Origin: Clostridiales bacterium DTU086
GTDB lineage: Bacteria > Bacillota > DTU086
Assembly: GCA_001513335.1 (NCBI GenBank)
Contig: LFTO01000057.1
Coordinates: 1-55,066 of the forward strand
Direction of reading: 5' to 3'
DNA length: 55,066 nt
A program made the translations under genes and the position numbers. The notes beneath the pieces were generated by a model that worked only from the letters and a program-made list of their open reading frames with translations, was not told the origin of the DNA and did no database searches. This document shows positions 12,086-21,470 of the stretch, piece after piece; positions within the stretch are counted from its first letter, which is position 1; each line of letters opens with the position of its first letter.

Positions 12086-12168
12086 TCAGGCAAGGCCGAA
12101 AGTGACACCAGACCGCAACTTGGCACATTTTCGGCTAAGTTTAGCGCTGATTTCAAAGGCAAATTTAT

Positions 12169-12262
12169 CTGCACTAAAACAGCCTGCCATTGGACCACGG
12201 CAGGCTAAAGTAAGATTACTTAGTAATAATATCCAGCCCTTGTGGCCTCACTGGACCAATTA
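12169..12262 (-). promoter_or_regulatory. PyrR-binding attenuator in the pyr operon 5' leader
   Basis: Minus-strand GGUCCAGUGAGGCC (12257..12244) inside a CCAG..CUGG stem. It is followed by hairpin AGCCUGCC..GGCAGGCU (12206..12181) and GUUUUAG. Confidence 0.65.
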
Positions 12263-12280
12263 AAGGAACCATTTTTCTAA

Positions 12281-12309
12281 ATTTTACTCTATGAGCAACT
12301 CTCCGTCAA
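12281..12309 (-). promoter_or_regulatory. sigma-A promoter of the pyr operon (TTGACG-17 nt-TAAAAT)
   Basis: -35 at 12309..12304 and -10 at 12286..12281 on the minus strand, just upstream of the leader attenuator. Confidence 0.6.
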
Positions 12310-12506
12310 GAAAAATTTAACCTGGTAAACAGGGGATCAGCACAGGCATATTAATTTCACCCCACTCGCATAATAAGCGTGTATCACCAATTGGTCAACC
12401 AAACAACCATTTCAGTAATAACATAACACCTTAACAATAATTCTGTAGAAGGCAACCAATAACCCCCGGGTACTAAAACCAGTACCCAAAAGGAGGTACC
12501 TGTGAA

Positions 12507-14309
12507 ATGAAAGGCAAAGACCTGCGTATTGCGCACCGTCAATCTCAAAGGTATATACATCCAACCGGCCCCAATAAAGTCCTGGTTCGTCTGAGAATAT
12601 ATCTTGAAGGGGCTGCTGTTCCTGAATCCTGTTCTATCCTTTATTCATCAGGAAGCGGCTGGCACAGCTCACCTATGCTTATTTCAGTAATGACGCGAGA
12701 CTCCGTATATTACGAAGTAGAACTGGAGCTCCCCAACCCCATGGTGAAATATTACTTTGAGGTTAAAACGGAGACAACCCTGTATTCCTATGGGGATACC
12801 GCCGGTGTTAAAGACCAACAAGAGGTTGAAATTATTCCTTTTGTCTTTGACTGGGTACCTGCTGAAGTATTCATAACGCCGGAATGGGTAAGGGAAGCCG
12901 TATTTTACCAAATCTTCCCTGAAAGGTTCTATAACGGCAATCCAAAAAACGACCCCAAAGAAACAGTTCCCTGGGACAGCTCGCCTTCGGCAACTAACTT
13001 TTTTGGCGGAGATCTTGAAGGAATTGAGAAAAAAATTCCTTACCTGGTGGACTTGGGGATAACAGCAGTCTGGTTAACTCCCATCTTTACTTCCGTTTCA
13101 AACCATAAGTACAATACAAGCGATTATATGAACATCGACCCGCATTTTGGTGACAAAAAGACTTTTCGGCGGCTGGTTCAAAAACTTCATGATAACGGCA
13201 TCAGGATAATTCTTGACTGTGTATTTAACCACACCGGGACAAATTTTTGGGCTTTTCGGGATGTTTTGAAAAATGGCGAGGCTTCACGATATAAAGATTG
13301 GTATTACATTAATGAATTCCCGGTGCAGATTGAACCACGCCCCACATATGAATGCTGGTGGGATATACCGGATTTGCCAAAGTTGAGAGTCCCTAACCCC
13401 GAGGTCAGGGATTACCTCCTGTCTGTTGCAGCCTACTGGACAGAAGAATTTGAAATTGACGGGTGGCGTCTGGATGTTCCCAATGAGGTGAGCCACGATT
13501 TTTGGGTGGAATTCCGAAAGGTAGTCAAGAATATCAACCCCGACTGCTATATTGTAGGGGAAATTTGGGATGACGGGCGGCCGTGGCTTCAGGGAGACCA
13601 ATTTGATGCCGTTATGAACTATCTTTTCAGGGACAACGTTTTGGATTTCTTCGCCCGAAAAAAAATGGGGGTAAGCGACTTTGAACAGCATATGGGAATA
13701 CTCCGCCTTAAATACCAGCAGCAGGTGAACCTCTCTCTACTAAACCTCATGGGCAGTCACGACACCGCCCGGATGCTGACGGTATTTAAGGAAGAACGCC
13801 CCCATATGGCCAGTGCTTCGGAACCTGAAAACATCAATAGAAAAATGCGCCCCGCGATAATATTTCAAATGACCTATCTGGGAGCACCAATGATTTATTA
13901 TGGGGATGAAATAGGCATGATGGGAGGTCCTGACCCCGGCTGCCGGAAAGCTATGGTCTGGGAAGTTGAGGAACAGGATAAAACTCTCCTGGACTTGTAC
14001 ACTGCTTTAATAAAGCTGCGGAAGGAAAGTGAACCGCTAAAGAAAGGAGCATTTCTTCCCCTCACCGCTGATGATGCAAACAAGGTATATGCCTTTGCAA
14101 GAAAATTTGCCGAACAATTATGCCTGGTTGTCCTTAACTTAGGCTCCAAAGACTTGGAATGCAGCATTCCTGTGCGGTTGCTTGGGCTTCCCGAGGGAAT
14201 CCGGTTTCAAGATGCCCTCACTACACAGGAATGTGCCGTAAAGGACAACAAACTGGTTATCCCCCTGCTGGAGGCGGATTTTGGAGCCATATTAACTCCG
14301 ATAATTTAA
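12507..14309 (+). CDS. GH13 alpha-amylase-family glycosidase (cyclomaltodextrinase / neopullulanase type, cytoplasmic)
   Basis: 600 aa with GH13 conserved regions DCVFNHTG, GWRLDVPNEV, EIWD and GSHDTAR. It has an N-terminal beta domain and no signal peptide. Strong SD AAAGGAGG. Confidence 0.85.
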   Translation: MKGKDLRIAHRQSQRYIHPTGPNKVLVRLRIYLEGAAVPESCSILYSSGSGWHSSPMLISVMTRDSVYYEVELELPNPMVKYYFEVKTETTLYSYGDTAGVKDQQEVEIIPFVFDWVPAEVFITPEWVREAVFYQIFPERFYNGNPKNDPKETVPWDSSPSATNFFGGDLEGIEKKIPYLVDLGITAVWLTPIFTSVSNHKYNTSDYMNIDPHFGDKKTFRRLVQKLHDNGIRIILDCVFNHTGTNFWAFRDVLKNGEASRYKDWYYINEFPVQIEPRPTYECWWDIPDLPKLRVPNPEVRDYLLSVAAYWTEEFEIDGWRLDVPNEVSHDFWVEFRKVVKNINPDCYIVGEIWDDGRPWLQGDQFDAVMNYLFRDNVLDFFARKKMGVSDFEQHMGILRLKYQQQVNLSLLNLMGSHDTARMLTVFKEERPHMASASEPENINRKMRPAIIFQMTYLGAPMIYYGDEIGMMGGPDPGCRKAMVWEVEEQDKTLLDLYTALIKLRKESEPLKKGAFLPLTADDANKVYAFARKFAEQLCLVVLNLGSKDLECSIPVRLLGLPEGIRFQDALTTQECAVKDNKLVIPLLEADFGAILTPII

Positions 14310-14507
14310 CAGAGAAAAAGGAAACAGGTTATTGAAAAGGAAGATTAAATCCAGGAGCATGGAGCCGTAAACAAAAGTAAATTCAAGGTTTTCGACAAAT
14401 AATTCAGGGCAGTTTTATTTTATCCAACAAAGATAGACCTTTTCTCCAAAGGACAACTTTACCCGTTGCTAGAAACACTCACAAAAAGAGCAGGGTGTGA
14501 TTCGTTG

Positions 14508-15602
14508 ATGAATTCAATGTTTCGCATGCACCAACCGTTACTTTTGAGCCCCCAGGAAGGGGTATTTGCCCACCGTACTTTTAAAACCAGTATTATAGAA
14601 AAGACGGCCGACCGTCTGCTGGTTTCGGTGCCATATTATAACGGAAAAGTGGTACTCCTCCCCAGGAACACTCCGGTTAAGGTTGAAATACCGTTAAAAC
14701 AGGTCTTTTTTTCAGAAATTAGCAAAAAAACAGCTTTTGGTGAATACCAGTGTCTGGAACTGGCGCTCCCCTATCAACTGCTCAAGAAAGACAAATTAAA
14801 AACTCCCAGAATAATCACTGTAACCAGCGGTAAAGGAGGAGCAGGAAAAAGCACTCTCCTTATAAACCTGGCTATTGCCCTAAGCCAGCAAGGGCTGCGG
14901 GTATGCATCGTTGATTGCGACCTGGGAACCTCAAACATAGATGTCCTCCTTAATTTGCATGCCAGGTACACCATTCAGGATGTCATTGAAGGAAAGAAAA
15001 ATATTTTTGATATTTTGTTGGAAGGTCCCTGCAAGACGGTAATTGCACCGGGCTCATCAGGATTTCCCCCTTTAACAAGCATTTCTGAGGCGCAGGCCCA
15101 GAAAGTAATTAACAGCCTGGGGAAGTTGGAACCTTATACAGACATCATTCTTCTTGATACAGGCCCAGGTGTTTCCAACAACGTAATGTTCTTTAACCAG
15201 CTGGTAGATGAAATTATCACCGTTACAACACCGGAACCTCATTCCATTACAGATACTTACGCCGCCTTAAAGGTACTGGTAGATCTAAAGAACGTACCTT
15301 TCCTTTGGCTTGTAATCAATAAAACGGAAGGACAAGAAGAAGCGGACAGTGTTGCCGCCAGAATTATGAGTGCCGCGGAGCGATTCCTTTCATTGAATAT
15401 TAAATACCTAGGTCATGTAATGGAGGATATACATGTTTCCAAGTCCGTAAGGAGGCTGACACCCTGCTTGCTGCGCTTTCCCAACAGCGAAGCTTCCCAG
15501 TGTTATAAAGACATTGCCGAAAATTTCTCTATGACTAAACAACAGGTAACACCTGCAAAACCCCATTTTAGGAGGTTAAAAAGGATTTTGCCCATCTCCT
15601 AG
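14508..15602 (+). CDS. MinD/ParA/FlhG-family P-loop ATPase with an extra ~105-aa N-terminal beta-rich domain
   Basis: Deviant Walker A TSGKGGAGKST, then DCDLG and LDTGPG. Basic amphipathic C-terminus FRRLKRIL. I chose the start at ATG 14508 (MNSMFRMHQ); the ORF is open from TTG 14466. Confidence 0.75.
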   Translation: MNSMFRMHQPLLLSPQEGVFAHRTFKTSIIEKTADRLLVSVPYYNGKVVLLPRNTPVKVEIPLKQVFFSEISKKTAFGEYQCLELALPYQLLKKDKLKTPRIITVTSGKGGAGKSTLLINLAIALSQQGLRVCIVDCDLGTSNIDVLLNLHARYTIQDVIEGKKNIFDILLEGPCKTVIAPGSSGFPPLTSISEAQAQKVINSLGKLEPYTDIILLDTGPGVSNNVMFFNQLVDEIITVTTPEPHSITDTYAALKVLVDLKNVPFLWLVINKTEGQEEADSVAARIMSAAERFLSLNIKYLGHVMEDIHVSKSVRRLTPCLLRFPNSEASQCYKDIAENFSMTKQQVTPAKPHFRRLKRILPIS

Positions 15603-16582
15603 CCCTGCATTACCTCAACAGCCTTTTCCACCCAACGGCAGTCTTGGAGCAGTGCCCTGCCTATTCCAACCAGGTCTGCCTTACCCGACTCAAGGAGATG
15701 GTTGGCAAACGCAGGGTCTTTAATGCCTCCGGTTATCATGATTGGGATATCCACAACAGGTTTGATAGCTTCCGCAAGGTAAACAAAATATCCCTGCCCC
15801 TGGCCGTCATACCCTCCCAAACCTCCCGACAAGTCCAAAACATCCACACCTGCCCGCACAAGCCTGAGGGCTACCCAATGAGCATCCTCAACGGTCAGCC
15901 CGCCATACATTCTGTCATCGCCGCCCAGACGAAAAAAGACGGGATAATCTTTTCCAACAACTTTTCTAACCTCTTCAACTACTTCAAGGGAAAACCTGAT
16001 CCGATTCTCCCGGCTCCCACCATACTTGTCATGCCTCCTGTTGGTCAGGGGCGAAAGGAACTGGTTCAAAAGGTATCCGTGGGCCCCATGAATCTCAACC
16101 ATATCAAATCCGGCCTCTTTGGCAAGGCCGGCTGCTCTCCCAAAATCCACAACCGTTCTATGTATTTCCGCCTCTCCCATCTCCCGGGGCAGATCCGTTC
16201 CTCTTGGATGTTTGATACAAGAGGGGCCCGCAGGCTGGGTACCGATTACTTCTCTTCTGCATGCAGTCCCACCGTGGTTGATTTGGGCACCAATTACACC
16301 TTGAAAGGAGTGAACCATACTGGTAAGCCTTTTATATCCATCCAACAGGTCGCCACTGTGCATTCCTGCTTGTCGGATATTTACCCGCCCCTGCATATTG
16401 ACAAAGGCGTGTTCTAAAATTACCAGGCCAACGGATGTTTTGGCTCTGTTCCCATATTCCTTCATCAATTCGTCAGTCAATGCGCCGCTAATGGACGCCT
16501 TATACGCAGCAATAGGCGGAAAAACTATTCTGTTTTTCAGCTTCATATTCTTGATTGAAATAGGAGAAAACAAGCCTGCCAT
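15599..16582 (-). CDS. NADH:flavin oxidoreductase, Old Yellow Enzyme family (FMN TIM barrel)
   Basis: 327 aa with HGAHGYLLNQFLSP..N.R.D.YGGS..NR.RF, typical of the OYE family. Confidence 0.85.
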   Translation of the reverse strand: MAGLFSPISIKNMKLKNRIVFPPIAAYKASISGALTDELMKEYGNRAKTSVGLVILEHAFVNMQGRVNIRQAGMHSGDLLDGYKRLTSMVHSFQGVIGAQINHGGTACRREVIGTQPAGPSCIKHPRGTDLPREMGEAEIHRTVVDFGRAAGLAKEAGFDMVEIHGAHGYLLNQFLSPLTNRRHDKYGGSRENRIRFSLEVVEEVRKVVGKDYPVFFRLGGDDRMYGGLTVEDAHWVALRLVRAGVDVLDLSGGLGGYDGQGQGYFVYLAEAIKPVVDIPIMITGGIKDPAFANHLLESGKADLVGIGRALLQDCRWVEKAVEVMQG

Positions 16583-16630
16583 CGCCAGTTACCCTCCTTC
16601 ACGCTATCTCTATACTGCCCAAAATAGGGG

Positions 16631-16658
16631 CCAAAAATAAGAAAAAGCCCAAAGGGCA
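16631..16658 (-). terminator. possible terminator after the ykgJ-family gene
   Basis: Minus-strand GCCC-UUU-GGGC hairpin (16657..16647) followed by UUUUUCUUAUUUUU. The stem is short. Confidence 0.35.
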
Positions 16659-16678
16659 GATACTAAAAAGAAAAAAAT

Positions 16679-17383
16679 TTACGATGCCTGGTGCAGCCTT
16701 GCCCATAAACCGGGAGGCAGAACATCTTTGATAAGGACCTGGGAATAGCTGCTTTTCCCTGTAAAAGGCCCTTTAACCCAATCCTCCAAATCCACATCGG
16801 GAGAATCCGCCTCGTCATACCAAAAACCACAGAGACCAGCCTCAGCAAACTCAAGCCACCTGCGCACCAGTTCGTCCTCACCGGCGTTCACTACTGCCTC
16901 ACGCAGTTCCAATGCATCCTTTGAAGCGGGGCAACAGATAAATGTCTGGCACACAAAGGGCCGGAAATCGTAAACTGAACAGGTTTTTGTCTCCCTTTCC
17001 AGGAAAATGCATTTGTTATCCTCACCAAGGCGCAGGGTAATATCTACACTCCTCCCGTCGACATAAACATGGGAGAAACGCCGGAGCATTTCAGCAAGGA
17101 CTTTATGCTCACCTGAAAGGCTGCCCCCCAGAGTCCCCCTGACCGCAGGGCTCTCGGCAAGCACAAGCAGGTCAATAATAGTTAGTGGAATACGTTCTCC
17201 GCAGCAAAGGTCACATCCACGGCAGCTTTTCCTGTCCTCCCGGGAACGGGACAAATCCAGGGTCATTAAAGCAGCGTTAAGGGCATTCAGGTAATCTTGA
17301 ACTGTAACACCATTCTCATCAACTGAAATATCATAGCCCAGGGTACCGTCTTCGTAATCAATAGACATTATTTTAGGTTTCAT
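16679..17383 (-). CDS. YkgJ-family (UPF0153) cysteine-cluster zinc/iron-chelating protein
   Basis: Cys clusters CRGCDLCC and C..C.VY..RP..C..F.CC. I placed the start at ATG 17383 (MKPKIMSIDY), which has GGAGGAG 10 nt upstream. The ORF is open up to TTG 17431 with no SD. Confidence 0.7.
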   Translation of the reverse strand: MKPKIMSIDYEDGTLGYDISVDENGVTVQDYLNALNAALMTLDLSRSREDRKSCRGCDLCCGERIPLTIIDLLVLAESPAVRGTLGGSLSGEHKVLAEMLRRFSHVYVDGRSVDITLRLGEDNKCIFLERETKTCSVYDFRPFVCQTFICCPASKDALELREAVVNAGEDELVRRWLEFAEAGLCGFWYDEADSPDVDLEDWVKGPFTGKSSYSQVLIKDVLPPGLWARLHQAS

Positions 17384-17540
17384 TCTCCGGATACTCCTCC
17401 AAAATTCTTTCCGCTTCTCCATATTGTTCAAAAGCTACCAGGATCTCAACCTCAGCAAGAGGCCCCGCGGTCAACCCGTAAATCTCCCCGGCAGCCTCGG
17501 ATCTCAGGACTGCTCTAATCCCGTAGCTCTAAGGTACCCC

Positions 17541-18542
17541 TTAAGTATTTCCGCTTCCATCTGGTTGTTCACTGTACATAAGGTTTTCCACTGACTCAAC
17601 CAATTCAGCCCCCTTTACGCTGCCAAGGACAGACAGGATTTCCTTAAAATATTCGGGCAGGCCGACGGTAAATTCCAGATATTTCCCGGTACTGGGGTGT
17701 CTGAAACCTAAAACATAAGCATGAAGAGCCTGCCTTTTTAATCCAAATTCATTCTTCCCCGGACCGTACTTTGTGTCCCCCACCACCGGATGCTTTATAT
17801 AGGCCATATGCACACGGATCTGGTGGGTCCGCCCAGTTTCCAGTTTTAGCTTAACTAATGTATATTCCTTAAAGCGCTCCAGGACATCAAACTGGGTCAC
17901 TGCCCTGCGGCTGTTACAAAATACTACAGCCATTTTTTTTCTATCCCCGGGATTCCGCCCAATAGGGGCATCGATACACCCCACATCATGCTGGATTATC
18001 CCGTGAACAAGGGCAAGATACTCCCGGCGCATATCATGGTCCTTCAGCTGCCGGGCAAGGCCCCTGTGGGCAACATCATTTTTTGCAGCCACCAGGATGC
18101 CTGATGTATCCTTATCGATCCGGTGTACAATACCAGGCCGCAGCTTTCCGTTTATCCCTGACAAATCAGTACAGTGGTAGAGGAGAGCGTTGACCAGGGT
18201 CCCGGAGGTACTGCCCGGTGCCGGGTGTACTACCATACCCTGGGGTTTGTTTACTACTATAATGTCCCTGTCTTCATACAAAACATCCAAAGGAATCTTT
18301 TCAGGGCGAGCTTCAATTTCTTCCAATTGGAATTCAGCAAAAGACACCAGGTCCCCCTTTTTTACCTTGTAGTTCCGTTTAACGGCCCGACCGTTAACGG
18401 TTACCTGCCCATTATCAATAGCTTTTTGTATTTGCGACCGGGAACAGTCCGGAAGGGTAGATGACAAAAAAACGTCCAGCCTCTGTCCCTGGGCACCTTC
18501 ATCAACATCTATTTCCGTATTTCCGCTACCGGGTATTACCAT
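17541..18542 (-). CDS. rluD: 23S rRNA pseudouridine synthase RluD family
   Basis: S4 domain followed by catalytic HRIDKDTSG. Start set at ATG 18542 (AGGAG SD, 1 nt after the lspA stop). The ORF is open to 18566. Confidence 0.9.
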   Translation of the reverse strand: MVIPGSGNTEIDVDEGAQGQRLDVFLSSTLPDCSRSQIQKAIDNGQVTVNGRAVKRNYKVKKGDLVSFAEFQLEEIEARPEKIPLDVLYEDRDIIVVNKPQGMVVHPAPGSTSGTLVNALLYHCTDLSGINGKLRPGIVHRIDKDTSGILVAAKNDVAHRGLARQLKDHDMRREYLALVHGIIQHDVGCIDAPIGRNPGDRKKMAVVFCNSRRAVTQFDVLERFKEYTLVKLKLETGRTHQIRVHMAYIKHPVVGDTKYGPGKNEFGLKRQALHAYVLGFRHPSTGKYLEFTVGLPEYFKEILSVLGSVKGAELVESVENLMYSEQPDGSGNT

Positions 18543-18543
18543 C

Positions 18544-19005
18544 TCAGTACTCCTGCTCCTGATCATCTTCCTTTGGCCAGGTAATAATCTCCCAGCTTAA
18601 CAAAATCACACCAATCACAACTGCACTGTCAGCAATGTTGAATACAGGGAATACACGAAAATCAAAAAAGTCCACCACATAACCGCCAAATATCCTGTCC
18701 ACAAGATTTCCCGCTGCGCCGCCAAATTGAAGGGCCAGTGCCGTGCGAGCCCGTAATCTGTCAGCAGGTATCTTGTTATAATAGTACAAAATAACGACCA
18801 AAACCGCTATTGTAACTACAATAAAGAACAGGGTTTTGTGGGGAAACAAACTGAATGCAGCGCCGGGATTGCGCACATATGTAAGATGAAATATATTTTC
18901 AATCAGAGGAATTGACTGCCCCTCCGAAAAGTTAGCCTTCACTATCCCCTTGGTTATTCGATCCATTAAAAAAACGCTTAAAGCCAGCTTAACGAAGAAC
19001 CGCAT
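18544..19005 (-). CDS. lspA: lipoprotein signal peptidase (signal peptidase II)
   Basis: 153 aa with four TM segments and motifs NPGAAFS and FNIADS. Confidence 0.9.
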   Translation of the reverse strand: MRFFVKLALSVFLMDRITKGIVKANFSEGQSIPLIENIFHLTYVRNPGAAFSLFPHKTLFFIVVTIAVLVVILYYYNKIPADRLRARTALALQFGGAAGNLVDRIFGGYVVDFFDFRVFPVFNIADSAVVIGVILLSWEIITWPKEDDQEQEY

Positions 19006-19080
19006 ACCCTACCCCCGCAAATCCTCCATGTAGTAGTCAGGATATCTTTACACAGAGCGAAATTTTCCTCAATTATATTA

Positions 19081-19608
19081 TCATTCACCGACAAGATGCA
19101 CAACATCTTTAACCGACCTCCGGGAAGGCATGCGGCTGTCCCCGGCAGGGTGCCCAACAGGTACCAGTGCAACTGGACGCAACTCTTGAGGCAGACGTAA
19201 AACACGAGCAACCTCACCCTCATTAAAAGCACCTACCCAGCATGTCCCCAATCCCAGGGCATTTGCTCCCAGCAGTATATTCTGCACTGCGGCAGCTGTG
19301 TCCTGAAGACAGTAGAGTTCACTTCCCCTTTGACCGTACCTGGAAGCAGACCTTTCAGGTTCGGCACAGACGACAATTACTACAGGTGCCTGGGCAAGAA
19401 AGCCCTGTCCCAGTGCAGCCTTTACAAGACTTTTTTTCTTTTCCGTGTCAGTTACAATATAGAACTGCCAGGGTTGAATATTCCCGGCAGAAGGAGCATG
19501 ACAGGCCGCCTCTACAAGACGGGTGATTGTTGCCAGTGGGACTTCATCCTCCTTAAAAGCCCTTGTACTCCGGCGTTCTTTAATTGCTTCAAAAACATCC
19601 CTGGTCAC
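19081..19608 (-). CDS. nitroreductase-family FMN oxidoreductase
   Basis: 175 aa with RRSTRAF, HAPSAGNIQPW and GLGTCWVG. Confidence 0.8.
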   Translation of the reverse strand: MTRDVFEAIKERRSTRAFKEDEVPLATITRLVEAACHAPSAGNIQPWQFYIVTDTEKKKSLVKAALGQGFLAQAPVVIVVCAEPERSASRYGQRGSELYCLQDTAAAVQNILLGANALGLGTCWVGAFNEGEVARVLRLPQELRPVALVPVGHPAGDSRMPSRRSVKDVVHLVGE

Positions 19609-19632
19609 TTATATCTACCCCCCTCAAATATC

Positions 19633-19938
19633 CTAGATACTCTGCATTTGAACCAGGCGGACAATATCAGCAATAAAGTCACTGATCAGAGGAAGATTGA
19701 GTACAATAATTTGTTTGAGGAAATAGAATACCAGTGCGCCCAGCAGAGTAAACCCAATTGCCATTCCCAGACCCCGGGTAAGGCCAAGAATAAAATTCAA
19801 AATTAACAGCCGGCGGGTATCATTGATCAAATCCAGATATTCTGTAAACTGGGCTCCGTGGACAATGGTTGCCAAGTACTCTACTTGCGAGCGCAATTCG
19901 GTGATGTCTTTGTCACTATTATCACAGTCAGTGTTCAT
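19633..19938 (-). CDS. small membrane protein (two C-terminal TM helices; DUF5665-like by recollection)
   Basis: Start set at ATG 19938 (MNTDCDN) behind the strong SD AGGGAGGA. C-terminus ILNFILGLTRGLGMAIGFTLLGALVFYFL. The family name is from memory only. Confidence 0.55.
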   Translation of the reverse strand: MNTDCDNSDKDITELRSQVEYLATIVHGAQFTEYLDLINDTRRLLILNFILGLTRGLGMAIGFTLLGALVFYFLKQIIVLNLPLISDFIADIVRLVQMQSI

Positions 19939-20087
19939 GGCTAATCCTCCCTGGAGCATTAATAACTTGCCCATCGGAATAAGAATTTTATACTGCCTCT
20001 AGCCCCCTGGAAACCTGACCTTTACTACCTTGTGAGTCTTTATTGCCTCGGACAAAAATAAACCCTCTGTCCAAACGACACCTGAGC

Positions 20088-21455
20088 CTAATTATTCAAG
20101 GCCTGAATAGGCGCAGGAATCCGCCCTCCATGGGCCACAAAACCTGATGGGTCTACATTTTTATAAGGCATTATGGTGCAACCTCCCAGAAGTCCGCCAA
20201 AGGTGACTTTTTCCCCGGCTTTTTTACCTTCAACAGGGATGACTCTCACAGCGGTAGTCTTGTGATTCACCATGCCTATAGCAGCTTCATCTGCAATAAT
20301 GGCAGCAATTATCTCCGCAGAAATACTACCCGGCAGGGCAATCATGTCCAGTCCGACAGAACAGACACTGGTCATGGCCTCAAGCTTATCCAGGGTTAGA
20401 GCTCCAGATTCCACCGCCCTGCCCAAACCGGCATCTTCACTGACCGGGATAAAGGCACCGCTTAACCCCCCGACGTAAGAAGTTGCCATGGCTCCACCCT
20501 TTTTAACGGCATCATTTAACATTGCCAGGGCAGCAGTCGTTCCCGGGCCTCCACACCTGGCTATACCCATAGCCTCAAGGATATCGGCCACACTGTCCCC
20601 CACAGCCGGAGTAGGTGCAAGGGAAAGGTCAACTATCCCAAAGGGGATATTCAACCTCTCTGAGGCTTCTTTGCCTACCAGTTCACCCATGCGGGTAACC
20701 TTGAAGGCAGTCTTTTTAATTATTTCGGCCAGGGTACCAAAGTCAGCATGGTGGTGTTTCTCAATGGCCCTCAGTACGGTGCCCGGACCGCTCACCCCCA
20801 CATTAATTGTTGCCTCAGGTTCACCAACACCGTGCAGAGCACCGGCCATGAAAGGATTGTCCTCGGGGATATTGCAGAAAACCACCAGCTTTGCACACCC
20901 AATAGAATCTGCGTCAGCAGTAAGTGCAGCTGTCCTTTTTATTATTTTCCCCATTTCATAAACGGCATCCATGTTAATACCTGCTCTGGTGGTTGCAACG
21001 TTGACACTGGAGCATACCCTCTCGGTGCCGGCCAGGGCTTCAGGAATGGAATCCATGAGCAACTTGTCCTGCCTGGTTAACCCTTTATGCACCAGGGCAG
21101 AAAAACCACCGATAAAGTCCACCCCCACCTCCTTGGCAGCCTCATCCAAAGCTAAGGCACACTCAACATACTCCTCCGGTGAATCCAGTGCCGCTACCAG
21201 GGAAATAGGCGTGACAGAAACCCGCTTATTGATAATAGGGACTCCGTAGTCTTTTTCAATCTCATCCGCCACAGCCACTAGGTTGCCAGCGTATTTTACA
21301 ACCTTTTCTTTAATCTTTTCTGTTACTGTGCGCACATCACCCCCCCGGCAGTCCTGGAGGCTGATACCTAACGTAACTGTTCTTATATCCAAATTTTCCA
21401 CTTCAATCATTCTAAGGGTTTCAAGAATTTCATTTATTCCAAAAGCAACAGGCAT
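20088..21455 (-). CDS. UPF0210 / DUF711 ('PFL family') protein
   Basis: 455 aa with N-terminus [25 protein letters not shown], typical of UPF0210. It is paired with an upstream ACT-domain gene as in many Firmicutes. Confidence 0.8.
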   Translation of the reverse strand: MPVAFGINEILETLRMIEVENLDIRTVTLGISLQDCRGGDVRTVTEKIKEKVVKYAGNLVAVADEIEKDYGVPIINKRVSVTPISLVAALDSPEEYVECALALDEAAKEVGVDFIGGFSALVHKGLTRQDKLLMDSIPEALAGTERVCSSVNVATTRAGINMDAVYEMGKIIKRTAALTADADSIGCAKLVVFCNIPEDNPFMAGALHGVGEPEATINVGVSGPGTVLRAIEKHHHADFGTLAEIIKKTAFKVTRMGELVGKEASERLNIPFGIVDLSLAPTPAVGDSVADILEAMGIARCGGPGTTAALAMLNDAVKKGGAMATSYVGGLSGAFIPVSEDAGLGRAVESGALTLDKLEAMTSVCSVGLDMIALPGSISAEIIAAIIADEAAIGMVNHKTTAVRVIPVEGKKAGEKVTFGGLLGGCTIMPYKNVDPSGFVAHGGRIPAPIQALNN

Positions 21456-21470
21456 ATCCCTACCTCCCCG

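Noticed and set aside
14391-14397. Perfect Spo0A box complement TTCGACA upstream of the MinD-like gene
   Set aside because: A given 7-mer is expected about 6-7 times by chance on both strands of 55 kb. There is no second box and no promoter context.
15644-16417. 257-aa plus-strand ORF
   Set aside because: It is antisense to the OYE-family reductase, which has clear family motifs. It has no SD and an odd composition.
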